33,620 bases of DNA from a virus: IMG/VR virus record IMGVR_UViG_3300043449_000866, positions 1 through 33,620 of that record; one strand, written 5' to 3'. The notes below the pieces were generated by a model. That model did not search any database and was not told where the DNA came from. It saw only the letters and a list, made by a program, of their open reading frames with translations. Positions 1 to 8,030 of this stretch are shown here, one piece after another (position 1 is the stretch's first letter; each line of letters begins with the position of its first letter). The position numbers were made by a program, and so were the translations under genes.

Positions 1-127
1 CAGACAGAATCATCTGGGCTTTACAAGGTAGGTTCGAGCATGGCAGAATTGTGTTAAATTCGGAAGAAGATTGGGATGAGTTTGTAGACCAGTTAATCCT
101 GTTCCCTGCTCAAGGAGTCCATGATGA
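1..127. repeat. Terminal direct repeat copy 1, identical to 33494-33620; an assembly overlap showing the contig is circular
   Basis: Bases 1-127 (cagacagaatcatctgggc...gtccatgatga) read identically at 33494-33620. The reading frame of the large terminase is continuous across the join. Confidence 0.95.
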
Positions 128-1121
128 TTTGTGCTTTATTGCCAACACGCAAATATCAACTCCTACTGGATTAAAAAGCATTGCCCAACTAAAGGTTGGC
201 GACCTTGTTGACACCCCTGAAGGCCCAAGAAAAGTTATTGCTCAGTCAATGACCAATGCAAACGCAGAGGTTTATTCTTTGCGTGGAAAACTTATAGGCA
301 CTGGCAATCATCCAATCATGACGAAACGTGGATGGATAGACTTGTGCAAAGTAACAAATGATGATATGCTTGTGTATCAACACAAAGGAGTTTCATCATG
401 GGTTTTCCAAGTAAAGTTGGCATTGTCAAAGAGTCTGTTTACTTTAACGGATACAAATACAACCGCTATCCAGAATCTAAAAAACTGGCTCACCGTAGAT
501 ACTTTACCAAAGCAGGAGGTGGCTTATTGCACCGCCATGTCTGGGAATTTCATAACGGAGAAATACAAAAGGGGCATCACATCCACCACAAGGATGGGAA
601 CTTTCTCAACAATGACATCTCAAATTTGGAGTGTCTTGAGTCAAAAGCTCACTTTGCCGAACACAAGGAAGATAGAAGTAAAAACGCCAAAAGACCAGAA
701 CAATTGGCACATTTGGACAAAGCTAGGGAAAAAGCGTCAGAGTGGCATGGCTCACCAGAAGGGCTTGAGTGGCATAGCAAGAACTCCAAAACCGCTTGGG
801 CTAATAGAGGGTTTGTTACGCACACTTGCCAAGAATGTAAAAACGAGTTTCAATCTCGCAAAACAACAAAGGTCTATTTTTGCTCTGGGAAATGCTCTGC
901 TACTGCTTGGAGAAAAAAATATCCCGACTACTATAGCCCTGAAGCAAAGGCAAAGCGTTTACAATTTGACAATTGAGGGTGCACATTGTTATTATGCTAA
1001 CGGAGTTTTAGTTCATAACTGTGACTCCCTCAGTTACATTGACCAACTGGCTGTTACGTCTTATATGGAAGAAGATGATAGCGAGGATTGGCAACCTGTA
1101 GATATTATTAGTGGGGTATAA
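3..1121 (+). CDS. terL: Terminase large subunit, C-terminal part: end of the N-extein (to 131), intein (132-1019) and 33-aa C-extein (1020-1118) plus stop
   Basis: Same frame as 32467.. after the 33493-bp circular shift. The track ORF 51-1121 is its GTG-initiated subset. The extein junctions read GVHDDL|C...VHN|CDSLSY. Confidence 0.9.
   Translation, partial: DRIIWALQGRFEHGRIVLNSEEDWDEFVDQLILFPAQGVHDDLCFIANTQISTPTGLKSIAQLKVGDLVDTPEGPRKVIAQSMTNANAEVYSLRGKLIGTGNHPIMTKRGWIDLCKVTNDDMLVYQHKGVSSWVFQVKLALSKSLFTLTDTNTTAIQNLKNWLTVDTLPKQEVAYCTAMSGNFITEKYKRGITSTTRMGTFSTMTSQIWSVLSQKLTLPNTRKIEVKTPKDQNNWHIWTKLGKKRQSGMAHQKGLSGIARTPKPLGLIEGLLRTLAKNVKTSFNLAKQQRSIFALGNALLLLGEKNIPTTIALKQRQSVYNLTIEGAHCYYANGVLVHNCDSLSYIDQLAVTSYMEEDDSEDWQPVDIISGV
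132..1019 (+). mobile_element. Intein (296 codons) in the terminase large subunit
   Basis: Cys1 starts block A (CFIANTQISTPTG). Block B reads GTGNHPIMTKRGW (TxxH). Blocks F and G read VYNLTIEGAHCYYANGVLVHN, followed by a +1 Cys (tgt 1020-1022). The insertion interrupts the HDD motif of the nuclease domain. Confidence 0.85.
398..976 (+). CDS. HNH homing endonuclease, nested inside the intein but in a different reading frame
   Basis: 192-aa ORF with the HNH motif HRHVWEFHNGEIQKGHHIHHKDGNFLNNDISNLECLESKAHFAEH and a C4 zinc ribbon (CQEC...CSGKC). AAAGGAG at 384-390 lies 7 nt before the ATG at 398. Its frame (398 mod 3 = 2) differs from the intein frame (132 mod 3 = 0). Confidence 0.8.
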   Translation: MGFPSKVGIVKESVYFNGYKYNRYPESKKLAHRRYFTKAGGGLLHRHVWEFHNGEIQKGHHIHHKDGNFLNNDISNLECLESKAHFAEHKEDRSKNAKRPEQLAHLDKAREKASEWHGSPEGLEWHSKNSKTAWANRGFVTHTCQECKNEFQSRKTTKVYFCSGKCSATAWRKKYPDYYSPEAKAKRLQFDN

Positions 1122-1123
1122 GA

Positions 1124-3094
1124 ATGGAATTCCAAGAACCTAGCGACTCAGACAAAGAACTTGTTGATTTCGTAGTAAATCATTGTGATCGTTGGAGAGA
1201 CTACCGAGACACAAACTATCTGTCTGATTGGCTAGAGTATGAGCGTATCTTCAATGGTGAGTGGGATGTCCAAGACAAAACCCGTGAGTCTGAGCGTTCA
1301 AGAATCGTTACCCCCGCTACCCAACAAGCCGTAGAGACACGCCATGCCGAGATCATGGAAGCCATCTTTGGTCAGGGTGAGTTCTTTGACATTCAAGACG
1401 ATATTCGTGATGTCAACAACAATCCCCTAGACGTTGAGGCTATCAAAGCACAACTCATGGAAGACTTCAAAGTCGATAAGATTCGCAAATCTATTGACCA
1501 AATTGAACTTCTTGCTGAACTGTATGGTACTGGAATCGGTGAGATTGTTGTCAAAACAGAGAAAGTCTTTGTTCCTAGTACGCAAGCAATACCTGGTCAA
1601 ACAGGACAAGCCGCTATCGGAGTCGTAGAACAAGACCGCATTGCAGTCAAGATTGTTCCAGTTAACCCCCGCAACTTCTTGTTTGACCCCAATGGAACAT
1701 CTATTGATGACTGTATGGGTGTGGCTGTTGAAAAGTATGTATCCATCCACAAGGTCGTCAAAGGTCAAGAAGATGGCATTTATCGCAAGGTAAAAGTCGG
1801 CACAGACTCTATGGACTCTGACTTAGAACCTACCCAAGAGGTTACTCAGTACGAAGACGATAAAGTTAAATTATTGACCTATTATGGTTTAGTACCTAGA
1901 GAGTACATTGAAGAACTAGAAGCGGATGGTGCTGAAGTAGAAGACCTATTCCCTGAAGACAGTATTCAGGATGAGTATTCCGATTTGGTTGAGGCTATCG
2001 TAGTGATTGCCAATGATGGGACTCTTCTCAAAGCTGAAAAGAACCCATACATGATGAAGGATCGCCCAATCCTTGCTTATCAGGACGATACAGTTCCTAA
2101 TCGCTTATTGGGTCGTGGTACTGTCGAGAAGGCTTATAACTCACAAAAGGCTATTGATGCCCAAGTGCGTAGCCACTTAGATTCACTAGCTCTGACAACT
2201 AGCCCAATGATGGCTATGGATGCCACTCGCCTCCCAAGGGGTGCTAAGTTTGAAGTAAAGCCAGGAAAGGCAATCCTGACAAACGGCAATCCCAATGAGA
2301 TTCTGTTCCCGTTCAAGTTTGGCAATACTGATGGTTCTAATCTGACAACTGCCAAAGAGTTTGAGCGTATGCTTTTGATGGCAACAGGCACTCTTGACTC
2401 TCAGGGCATGGTTACTGCCGTTGCCAGAGATGGCGGTCAGGGTGGTATATCGATGGCAGTAGCTTCGATTATCAAGAAATACAAGCGTACCTTGGTGAAC
2501 TTTCAAGAGGATTTTATGATCCCCTTCATCACCAAAGCCGCCTATCGCTATATGCAGTTCGATCCAGAGCGTTATCCTACTGTGGACATGAAATTCATTC
2601 CTACGGCAGCACTCGGAATCATTGCCCGTGAGCATGAACAACAGCAAATGATTGGTTTATTGCAGACTCTTGGCCCGAATACCCCTGTTTTGCCTATCAT
2701 TTTGAAGGGCATTATGGCTAATTCTTCTCTGTCAAACCGATATGAGTTGATTGCCATGCTTGACAAGATGTCTCAGGCTGACCCACAGGCCCAGCAAGCG
2801 GCTCAGATGCAACAACAATTGGCTATGCAACTGGCTCAAGCACAGATTGCTGTCCAAACTACACAAGCAGAGCAGAACAAGGCTGAAGCGCAAAAGTTAT
2901 TGACTGAAGCGCAATTGATGCCTATTGAGTTGCAAGCTAAGAGCATGGCGGCTAACACCAAGAACCTACCTACTGATGATGCTTTGGCTTCAAAAGAGTT
3001 TGATAAGCGTGTCAAAGTTGCTGAATTGATGCTTAAAGAGGCGGATATTCAGAACAAGGCTAAGATTGTTGAAAAACAGATGACTAGACAATGA
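1124..3094 (+). CDS. Portal protein
   Basis: 656 aa, immediately downstream of terL, with a Gln/Ala-rich coiled C-terminal tail. Size and position are typical of a portal. Confidence 0.75.
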   Translation: MEFQEPSDSDKELVDFVVNHCDRWRDYRDTNYLSDWLEYERIFNGEWDVQDKTRESERSRIVTPATQQAVETRHAEIMEAIFGQGEFFDIQDDIRDVNNNPLDVEAIKAQLMEDFKVDKIRKSIDQIELLAELYGTGIGEIVVKTEKVFVPSTQAIPGQTGQAAIGVVEQDRIAVKIVPVNPRNFLFDPNGTSIDDCMGVAVEKYVSIHKVVKGQEDGIYRKVKVGTDSMDSDLEPTQEVTQYEDDKVKLLTYYGLVPREYIEELEADGAEVEDLFPEDSIQDEYSDLVEAIVVIANDGTLLKAEKNPYMMKDRPILAYQDDTVPNRLLGRGTVEKAYNSQKAIDAQVRSHLDSLALTTSPMMAMDATRLPRGAKFEVKPGKAILTNGNPNEILFPFKFGNTDGSNLTTAKEFERMLLMATGTLDSQGMVTAVARDGGQGGISMAVASIIKKYKRTLVNFQEDFMIPFITKAAYRYMQFDPERYPTVDMKFIPTAALGIIAREHEQQQMIGLLQTLGPNTPVLPIILKGIMANSSLSNRYELIAMLDKMSQADPQAQQAAQMQQQLAMQLAQAQIAVQTTQAEQNKAEAQKLLTEAQLMPIELQAKSMAANTKNLPTDDALASKEFDKRVKVAELMLKEADIQNKAKIVEKQMTRQ

Positions 3095-3330
3095 ATCAGG
3101 AACTCCAGAAGTATTACGAAGAGCGTTTTTCCATGATGTCCACTCAAGGGTGGAGAGAATTGATGGAAGATGTTGACAAAATGATTGAACCTTTGAATAA
3201 TATTTCAACAATTGCAGATGAAAAAAGTCTACAATTCAGAAAAGGTGAGTTATCAATCCTTATTTGGCTGAAAAACTTGAAACAAGTCAGCGAAAGAGCA
3301 TTTGAGGACTTAAATGAAAAGAATGTATGA
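3091..3330 (+). CDS. Hypothetical protein (79 aa)
   Basis: ATGA overlap with the portal stop; protein-like composition. Confidence 0.6.
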   Translation: MNQELQKYYEERFSMMSTQGWRELMEDVDKMIEPLNNISTIADEKSLQFRKGELSILIWLKNLKQVSERAFEDLNEKNV

Positions 3331-3541
3331 ATTTGCCTGTGTAAATGGGCATAAAACTTCGAGACTTACTGTTTATGAGACAACGAGTCTTGTGTGTGAG
3401 TGTGGTGAGGAATCTCATCGCACTTTATCTGCGCCTTATTTTAGGCTTGAAGGATGGTCTGGTTCATTCCCAACGGCTCACGCCAAGTTTGATAAAAGCC
3501 ATAACGACAAGTTGAAATCTGAGCGCAAACTCAACTCATAA
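3314..3541 (+). CDS. Small zinc-ribbon protein
   Basis: 75 aa with CVNGH...CECGEESH. An alternative ATG lies at 3323. Confidence 0.55.
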   Translation: MKRMYEFACVNGHKTSRLTVYETTSLVCECGEESHRTLSAPYFRLEGWSGSFPTAHAKFDKSHNDKLKSERKLNS

Positions 3542-3599
3542 GCAATTATGCCGAGTTGAATCTCCTACAACCGATAGACGGCAGGAAAAGGAAAGAAGT

Positions 3600-4343
3600 A
3601 TGTTAGTTGACAACGACAAAGAAGAGTTTGGTGAGTTAGAGATCGAACAACAGAAGATTGAGCAAAAGGCTGAACTTCCTGAGAAATACAGGGACAAAAG
3701 TTTAGACGATATTGTGAGGATGCACCAAGAGGCTGAAAAGCTAATTGGAAAGCAAGCACAAGAAGTAGGCGAAGTCCGTAAGTTAGCCGATGAACTTATT
3801 AAGCAGAACCTTGGGTCACGACAGCAACAGACTAGACAGGAAGAGCCTGAAGTAGATTTCTTTGAGAATCCACAGAGGGCAGTTCAAAGGACAGTTGATA
3901 GTCACCCAGACATCATAGCGGCACGTCAAGTAACGCTAGAAATGAAAAGGTCACAGATTCAGCAAAGGTTAGCGCAAGAACATCCCGACTTTGGAGACAT
4001 CGCCAAGGATCAGGATTTTGCAAATTGGGTGAAGTCTAGCCCTGTTCGCATTAAGATTTTTGAGCAAGCCGATTCTGGATATGATTTCGACTCAGCCAAT
4101 GAATTGCTATCTACCTACAAGCAACTTCGTGGCGTTAAGAATAAGCAAGTAAGTGATGCGGGAGAAGCATCAAGAAAGCAAACTCTTAAAGCTGTTGGAG
4201 TTGATACGGGTGGTTCTGGTGAATCATCAAAGAAAGTATATCGTAGGGCTGACCTTATTCGGCTGAAAATGCAAGACCCTAACCGCTATGAAGCGTTATC
4301 TGATGAAATCATGGTAGCGTATCAAGAAGGTCGGGTCAGGTAA
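3600..4343 (+). CDS. Scaffolding protein (putative)
   Basis: 247 aa, highly charged and helical, lying between the portal and the major capsid gene. Confidence 0.6.
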   Translation: MLVDNDKEEFGELEIEQQKIEQKAELPEKYRDKSLDDIVRMHQEAEKLIGKQAQEVGEVRKLADELIKQNLGSRQQQTRQEEPEVDFFENPQRAVQRTVDSHPDIIAARQVTLEMKRSQIQQRLAQEHPDFGDIAKDQDFANWVKSSPVRIKIFEQADSGYDFDSANELLSTYKQLRGVKNKQVSDAGEASRKQTLKAVGVDTGGSGESSKKVYRRADLIRLKMQDPNRYEALSDEIMVAYQEGRVR

Positions 4344-4368
4344 AATTTAACTATTTGGAGATTTAATT

Positions 4369-5358
4369 ATGGCTAATACAGCATTCGCACCTAACAATGC
4401 AACCACAGTAACCACAGCGGCTAACTTCATTCCTGAAATTTGGAGTGATGAAATTGTTGCCAGTTACAAGAAGAACCTTGTTCTAGCGAACTTGGTTATG
4501 AAGATGAACTTCAAGGGCAAGAAGGGTGACACAGTTCACATTCCAGCCCCTGGTCGTGGCAACGCTTCAGCAAAGACTAAAACAGACGCAGTTACCTTAA
4601 TTGTTGACACGGCTGATGAAGTTCAAGTTCTGATTAACAAGCACTATGAATATAGCCGCTTGATCGAGGACATCGCAGAAGCACAAGCATTGAACTCAAT
4701 GCGTAACTTCTACACCTCTGACGCAGGTTATGCCTTGGCTAAACAAGTCGATACAGACTTGATTCAGTTGGGTCGTTCTGCCAATGGCGGTACTGCTGAT
4801 AGCGCACGTTACACAGCTGGTTTTGTTGGTGGCGATGGTACAACAACCTTTGACTACACAGCTAACACCAACACTGGTAACGCTTCTGCTCTGACTGATT
4901 CGGCTATTCGTCGTACTATTCAGCGTTTGGATGACAACGACACTCCTATGGATGGTCGCTTCTTCATCATTCCTCCTTCAAGCCGTAATACGTTGATGGG
5001 TCTTGCCCGTTACACAGAACAGGCTTTTGTGGGTGATGGTAATGCTATCCGCAATGGTGAAATCGGTAACCTTTATGGTATCCCCGTGTTCACTTCTAGC
5101 AATGCTGACCATGCTTCTGCAACTGCCGCTTATCCAGCTAGCGGTACTTCTATTGGTCGTGTCTGCTTGATGGGTCACAAGGACTCTATGGTTCTGGTTG
5201 AGCAAGTTGGTATCCGTTCACAAGTTCAGTACAAACAAGAGTACCTCGCTACTCTGTTTACTTCTGACACTTTGTATGGTGTTGCCGCTTTGCGTAAAGC
5301 AGCTACTTCTGGTGCGGCTACGTCCTCATCTATGTTTGCCTTGGTTGTTCCTTCTTAA
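4369..5358 (+). CDS. Major capsid protein
   Basis: 329 aa. The N-terminus reads ...AANFIPEIWSDEIV..., typical of HK97-fold capsid proteins of small podoviruses. A GGAG RBS precedes it and a strong terminator follows. Confidence 0.85.
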   Translation: MANTAFAPNNATTVTTAANFIPEIWSDEIVASYKKNLVLANLVMKMNFKGKKGDTVHIPAPGRGNASAKTKTDAVTLIVDTADEVQVLINKHYEYSRLIEDIAEAQALNSMRNFYTSDAGYALAKQVDTDLIQLGRSANGGTADSARYTAGFVGGDGTTTFDYTANTNTGNASALTDSAIRRTIQRLDDNDTPMDGRFFIIPPSSRNTLMGLARYTEQAFVGDGNAIRNGEIGNLYGIPVFTSSNADHASATAAYPASGTSIGRVCLMGHKDSMVLVEQVGIRSQVQYKQEYLATLFTSDTLYGVAALRKAATSGAATSSSMFALVVPS

Positions 5359-5372
5359 TTGATACAACCTTT

Positions 5373-5399
5373 CCCTCACCTTCGGGTGGGGGATTTTTT
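5373..5399 (+). terminator. Rho-independent terminator after the capsid gene
   Basis: ccctcacc-ttcg-ggtggggg forms an 8-bp stem with one G-U pair, followed by atttttt. Confidence 0.75.
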
Positions 5400-5417
5400 A
5401 CATTAAGGAGATTTATT

Positions 5418-5744
5418 ATGGCAGCAGCAACAGCAGTTGTTTCCCGCAGAGGAAATGACCAGTTCCGTGGTTTGTTTACAGACACTTGGGACGTTTCTTG
5501 TACTCTTGATAGCGCATCAGTATCTAATGGAGCTACCGCTACAGATACAGTCGCAGTTCCAGGCGTTTTGTTGGGTGACATGGTTATTGGTATGTCAATT
5601 GGTGTGTCTGAGGCTGGTCTTATGCGTAGAGCATACGTTTCAGCCTCTGGTACTGTGACTATCGTTACTATTAACCCTACAGCAGCACCTATTGATATTG
5701 CAGCTACAACACTGCAACTTATCATTGGTCGTCCAGTAAACTAA
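5418..5744 (+). CDS. Small virion protein, possibly capsid decoration (108 aa)
   Basis: AAGGAG lies 7 nt before the ATG. The gene is bracketed by two terminators directly after the capsid gene, and its composition is beta-rich. The antisense ORF 5330-5725 was rejected. Confidence 0.6.
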   Translation: MAAATAVVSRRGNDQFRGLFTDTWDVSCTLDSASVSNGATATDTVAVPGVLLGDMVIGMSIGVSEAGLMRRAYVSASGTVTIVTINPTAAPIDIAATTLQLIIGRPVN

Positions 5745-5745
5745 T

Positions 5746-5776
5746 AAAAGGGGGCTTGTACCCCCCTTTTTTTTTG
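5746..5776 (+). terminator. Rho-independent terminator
   Basis: aaaaggggg-cttgta-cccccctttttttttt: a G/C stem followed by a long T tract. Confidence 0.75.
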
Positions 5777-5784
5777 GAACTATT

Positions 5785-5976
5785 ATGGCTACATTCAAGT
5801 GCTTACAAAGTGGAAACACAGTATCTTTTACCTATCAACACGATATTGATAGCATGAAAAGACATGAAGGATATGTCAGAATTGATGAAGTTGAAACTTC
5901 TAAAAAGCCTTTAATATCATCTGAAACAAAGCCTGTTAAGAAGATGGGTCGTCCAAGGAAGGTCGAAAATGTCTGA
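5785..5976 (+). CDS. Hypothetical protein (63 aa)
   Basis: ORF with a basic C-terminus (KKMGRPRK); overlaps the next gene by 8 nt. Confidence 0.5.
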   Translation: MATFKCLQSGNTVSFTYQHDIDSMKRHEGYVRIDEVETSKKPLISSETKPVKKMGRPRKVENV

Positions 5977-6175
5977 GATTGATCCACGAGAATTTGGTAA
6001 GCTAGAAGCCCAAGTTGAGGCTTTACAAGCAGAAGTCCATGCACTTCGCCAAGATATTAAAACGCTTTTGGAGATGGCAAACAAGTCCAAAGGCGGTATG
6101 TTTGTTGGTATGGCTATCGCCTCTTTTATTGGTGGTCTTATCACTTTTATTGCTGACAGAGTGTTTACAAAATGA
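5969..6175 (+). CDS. Coiled-coil protein with a C-terminal transmembrane helix (68 aa)
   Basis: LEAQVEALQAEVHALRQDIK followed by the hydrophobic stretch GGMFVGMAIASFIGGLITFIA. Confidence 0.55.
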   Translation: MSEIDPREFGKLEAQVEALQAEVHALRQDIKTLLEMANKSKGGMFVGMAIASFIGGLITFIADRVFTK

Positions 6176-6582
6176 AACTCTTATCTGGCCTTACTTGTCC
6201 GATAGCCACTCAGGATGTGTCTGTCAACCTGAAGAATCGCAACAATGCGTTCAAGAAGTTTGGCTATGGCCCACCTAATCCTGAAGAATCTAATGATTCG
6301 TTTTGGCTAAAGAAGGCCAAGATGTACAACGCTCCCACAGAAAATATCAAAGGTATGCGCTGTGGAAACTGTGCCGCCTTTATCCAAACACCAAATATGA
6401 TGGCTTGCATCACGGGTGGATTGGAAAAAGACGAGGGAGAGAATGAGTTGTCCTATGACGAAGAATTTGTCAAAGCGGCTGATTTAGGATATTGTGATTT
6501 GTTTCAGTTTACCTGTGCTGCGGCAAGAACTTGTGATGCTTGGAAATCAGGTGGCCCAATAACCAAGGAGAAATCGAAATGA
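6172..6582 (+). CDS. Hypothetical Cys-containing protein (136 aa)
   Basis: ATGA coupling to the upstream gene. Motifs FGYGPPNPEE and CGNCAAF. Confidence 0.6.
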   Translation: MKLLSGLTCPIATQDVSVNLKNRNNAFKKFGYGPPNPEESNDSFWLKKAKMYNAPTENIKGMRCGNCAAFIQTPNMMACITGGLEKDEGENELSYDEEFVKAADLGYCDLFQFTCAAARTCDAWKSGGPITKEKSK

Positions 6583-6746
6583 TGTATGGAAAAACCAAGA
6601 CTTCTAGCCCTAAAGCGGCTAAAAAAGATACCAAAAAAGGTATGCCATTGGCAATTATGATTGCTGTTGGTAAGCCAAGAGCTATGCCTACCCGTGGTGG
6701 TCGCACAGCTACTAACATGATGAAAAAGTCTGGACGAGGTAAATAA
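6579..6746 (+). CDS. Small basic protein (55 aa)
   Basis: AAGGAG at 6565-6570 and ATG at 6579, which overlaps the upstream stop (ATGA). Lys/Arg/Gly-rich. The track ORF 6540-6746 was trimmed to this start. Confidence 0.55.
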   Translation: MMYGKTKTSSPKAAKKDTKKGMPLAIMIAVGKPRAMPTRGGRTATNMMKKSGRGK

Positions 6747-7030
6747 TGTCTTCTTTAACTTCTCCCGTTACGCTCCTGAGTGCCGTTGTTGCAACTGGTG
6801 CTTCTAAAGCAGTTCAAGCCGATGCTGGTCAACCCGCATTCCTTCAGGTTGTAGGCATTACGAATGCTACTGTTGCTTTTCAGGGCAGTTTGGATGGCAC
6901 AACTTACGCAACTATTGGTACTGCTTTGACTGCTGATGGCATTATTACTATTGCCAATGCGCCTAAGTATTTGCGAGCTAATTGCACCGCCTATACATCT
7001 GGAACTATCACTGCAAAGGTTTTGTACTGA
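6746..7030 (+). CDS. Small beta-rich virion protein (94 aa)
   Basis: TAATG coupling; Ala/Thr/Gly-rich sequence ending TSGTITAKVLY. Confidence 0.55.
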   Translation: MSSLTSPVTLLSAVVATGASKAVQADAGQPAFLQVVGITNATVAFQGSLDGTTYATIGTALTADGIITIANAPKYLRANCTAYTSGTITAKVLY

Positions 7031-7031
7031 T

Positions 7032-7202
7032 ATGAAAAAGACTAAAGCAGAAGCCAAAATCAGCAAAGTTATGAAAGAGTATGGTGCGGGTAAACTGCAC
7101 TCTGGGTCTAAGAAAGGCCCTGCCGTAACTTCTAAGAAACAAGCCATTGCTATCGCTTTATCTGAAGCTGGTATGACTAAAAAGATGCCTAAGAAGAAAT
7201 GA
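7032..7202 (+). CDS. Small basic protein (56 aa) with the KVMKEY..GKLHSG...KKQAIAIALSEAG motif
   Basis: ATG at 7032, within track ORF 6936-7202. The motif is a widespread small conserved domain of unknown function. Confidence 0.6.
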   Translation: MKKTKAEAKISKVMKEYGAGKLHSGSKKGPAVTSKKQAIAIALSEAGMTKKMPKKK

Positions 7203-7372
7203 AGTCTAAGGTCAACCAAGCAAAGGTTTACACCAAGCCTACCATGCGTAAAGCCTTGTTTGAGAAGATTAAGGCGGGTGGCTCAGGAGGTGATCCTGGT
7301 GAATGGTCTGCCCGTAAAGCACAACTTCTTGCTAAAGAATACAAGAAAAAAGGTGGCGGTTATCGTGACTAA
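7199..7372 (+). CDS. Small basic protein (57 aa), not in the ORF track
   Basis: ATGA overlap at 7199-7202. Translates MKSKVNQAKVYTKPTMRKALFEKIKAGGSGGDPGEWSARKAQLLAKEYKKKGGGYRD. The WSARKAQ...GGGY motif recurs in small phage and bacterial proteins. Confidence 0.55.
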   Translation: MKSKVNQAKVYTKPTMRKALFEKIKAGGSGGDPGEWSARKAQLLAKEYKKKGGGYRD

Positions 7373-7793
7373 GGTATGTAAATTGTGCGAACAAGAAAAG
7401 CCTGTTACAGATTTTTATTTGTTTCATGATAAGTGGAGCAATAAAAAATACAGTAGTTCCCGTTGCAAGCCTTGCCATCAACAACATAAGCGTGATAGTG
7501 AAACAACGCCAAAAAATAGAAAAACAGAAAAACTACAGTTGCGTTATGGTTTGACCTATGAACAATGGGAGCAAATGCGAGAGGCAGAGAATTTTTCTTG
7601 CATGATTTGTGGCATTTCTGAAGAAGAACTAGGGAAAAGGCTTGATGTTGACCACTGCCATCTGTCTGGTAAAGTGAGGGGTGTGTTATGCAATCCATGC
7701 AATACAACTCTTGGTCATGCAAGGGACAATATTAAAATACTTGAAGCAGCAGCACAATACTTAAAAGATAATTTTGGTGGGTACAAGACATGA
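7365..7793 (+). CDS. Recombination endonuclease VII family protein (HNH-type junction-resolving nuclease)
   Basis: CKLC...CKPC followed by LDVDHCHLSGKVRGVLCNPCNTTLGHA, the endonuclease VII signature. The proposed GTG start at 7365 overlaps the upstream stop; the track ORF begins at 7260 inside the upstream gene. Confidence 0.8.
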   Translation: MTKVCKLCEQEKPVTDFYLFHDKWSNKKYSSSRCKPCHQQHKRDSETTPKNRKTEKLQLRYGLTYEQWEQMREAENFSCMICGISEEELGKRLDVDHCHLSGKVRGVLCNPCNTTLGHARDNIKILEAAAQYLKDNFGGYKT

Positions 7794-8023
7794 AAAATCC
7801 TCAACAGTCCCTGAAAGATTGGTCTAAACAGAATTGGCGAACCAAGTCTGGTAAACCTTCATCTGTTACGGGTGAGAGGTATTTGCCAGAGGCGGCTATC
7901 AAGTCTTTGTCGGCTAAAGAGTATGCGGCAACCACCAAAGCCAAACGTGAAGGCACAAAGGCTGGTAAACAGTTTGTTGCCCAACCTAAAGCAATTGCAA
8001 AGAAAACAGCAAAATATAGATGA
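7790..8023 (+). CDS. Small basic protein (77 aa)
   Basis: ATGA coupling. Motif LKDWSKQNWRTKSGKPS...GERYLP. Confidence 0.6.
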   Translation: MKNPQQSLKDWSKQNWRTKSGKPSSVTGERYLPEAAIKSLSAKEYAATTKAKREGTKAGKQFVAQPKAIAKKTAKYR

Positions 8024-8030
8024 GGTAGAT

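Noticed and set aside
380-980. The out-of-frame HNH inside the intein might be a simple sequencing frameshift or a programmed ribosomal frameshift
   Set aside because: Not adopted as the primary reading. Two compensating shifts about 570 nt apart would be needed. The HNH ORF has its own optimally spaced AAAGGAG and ATG and its own stop, and I saw no slippery heptamer at either boundary. It stays listed as the key control to run on raw reads.
5330-5725. 131-aa minus-strand ORF opposite the 108-aa gene that follows the capsid gene
   Set aside because: The plus-strand ORF has AAGGAG at ideal spacing and is bracketed by plus-strand terminators. The antisense ORF has no RBS and would be the only leftward gene in the late block.
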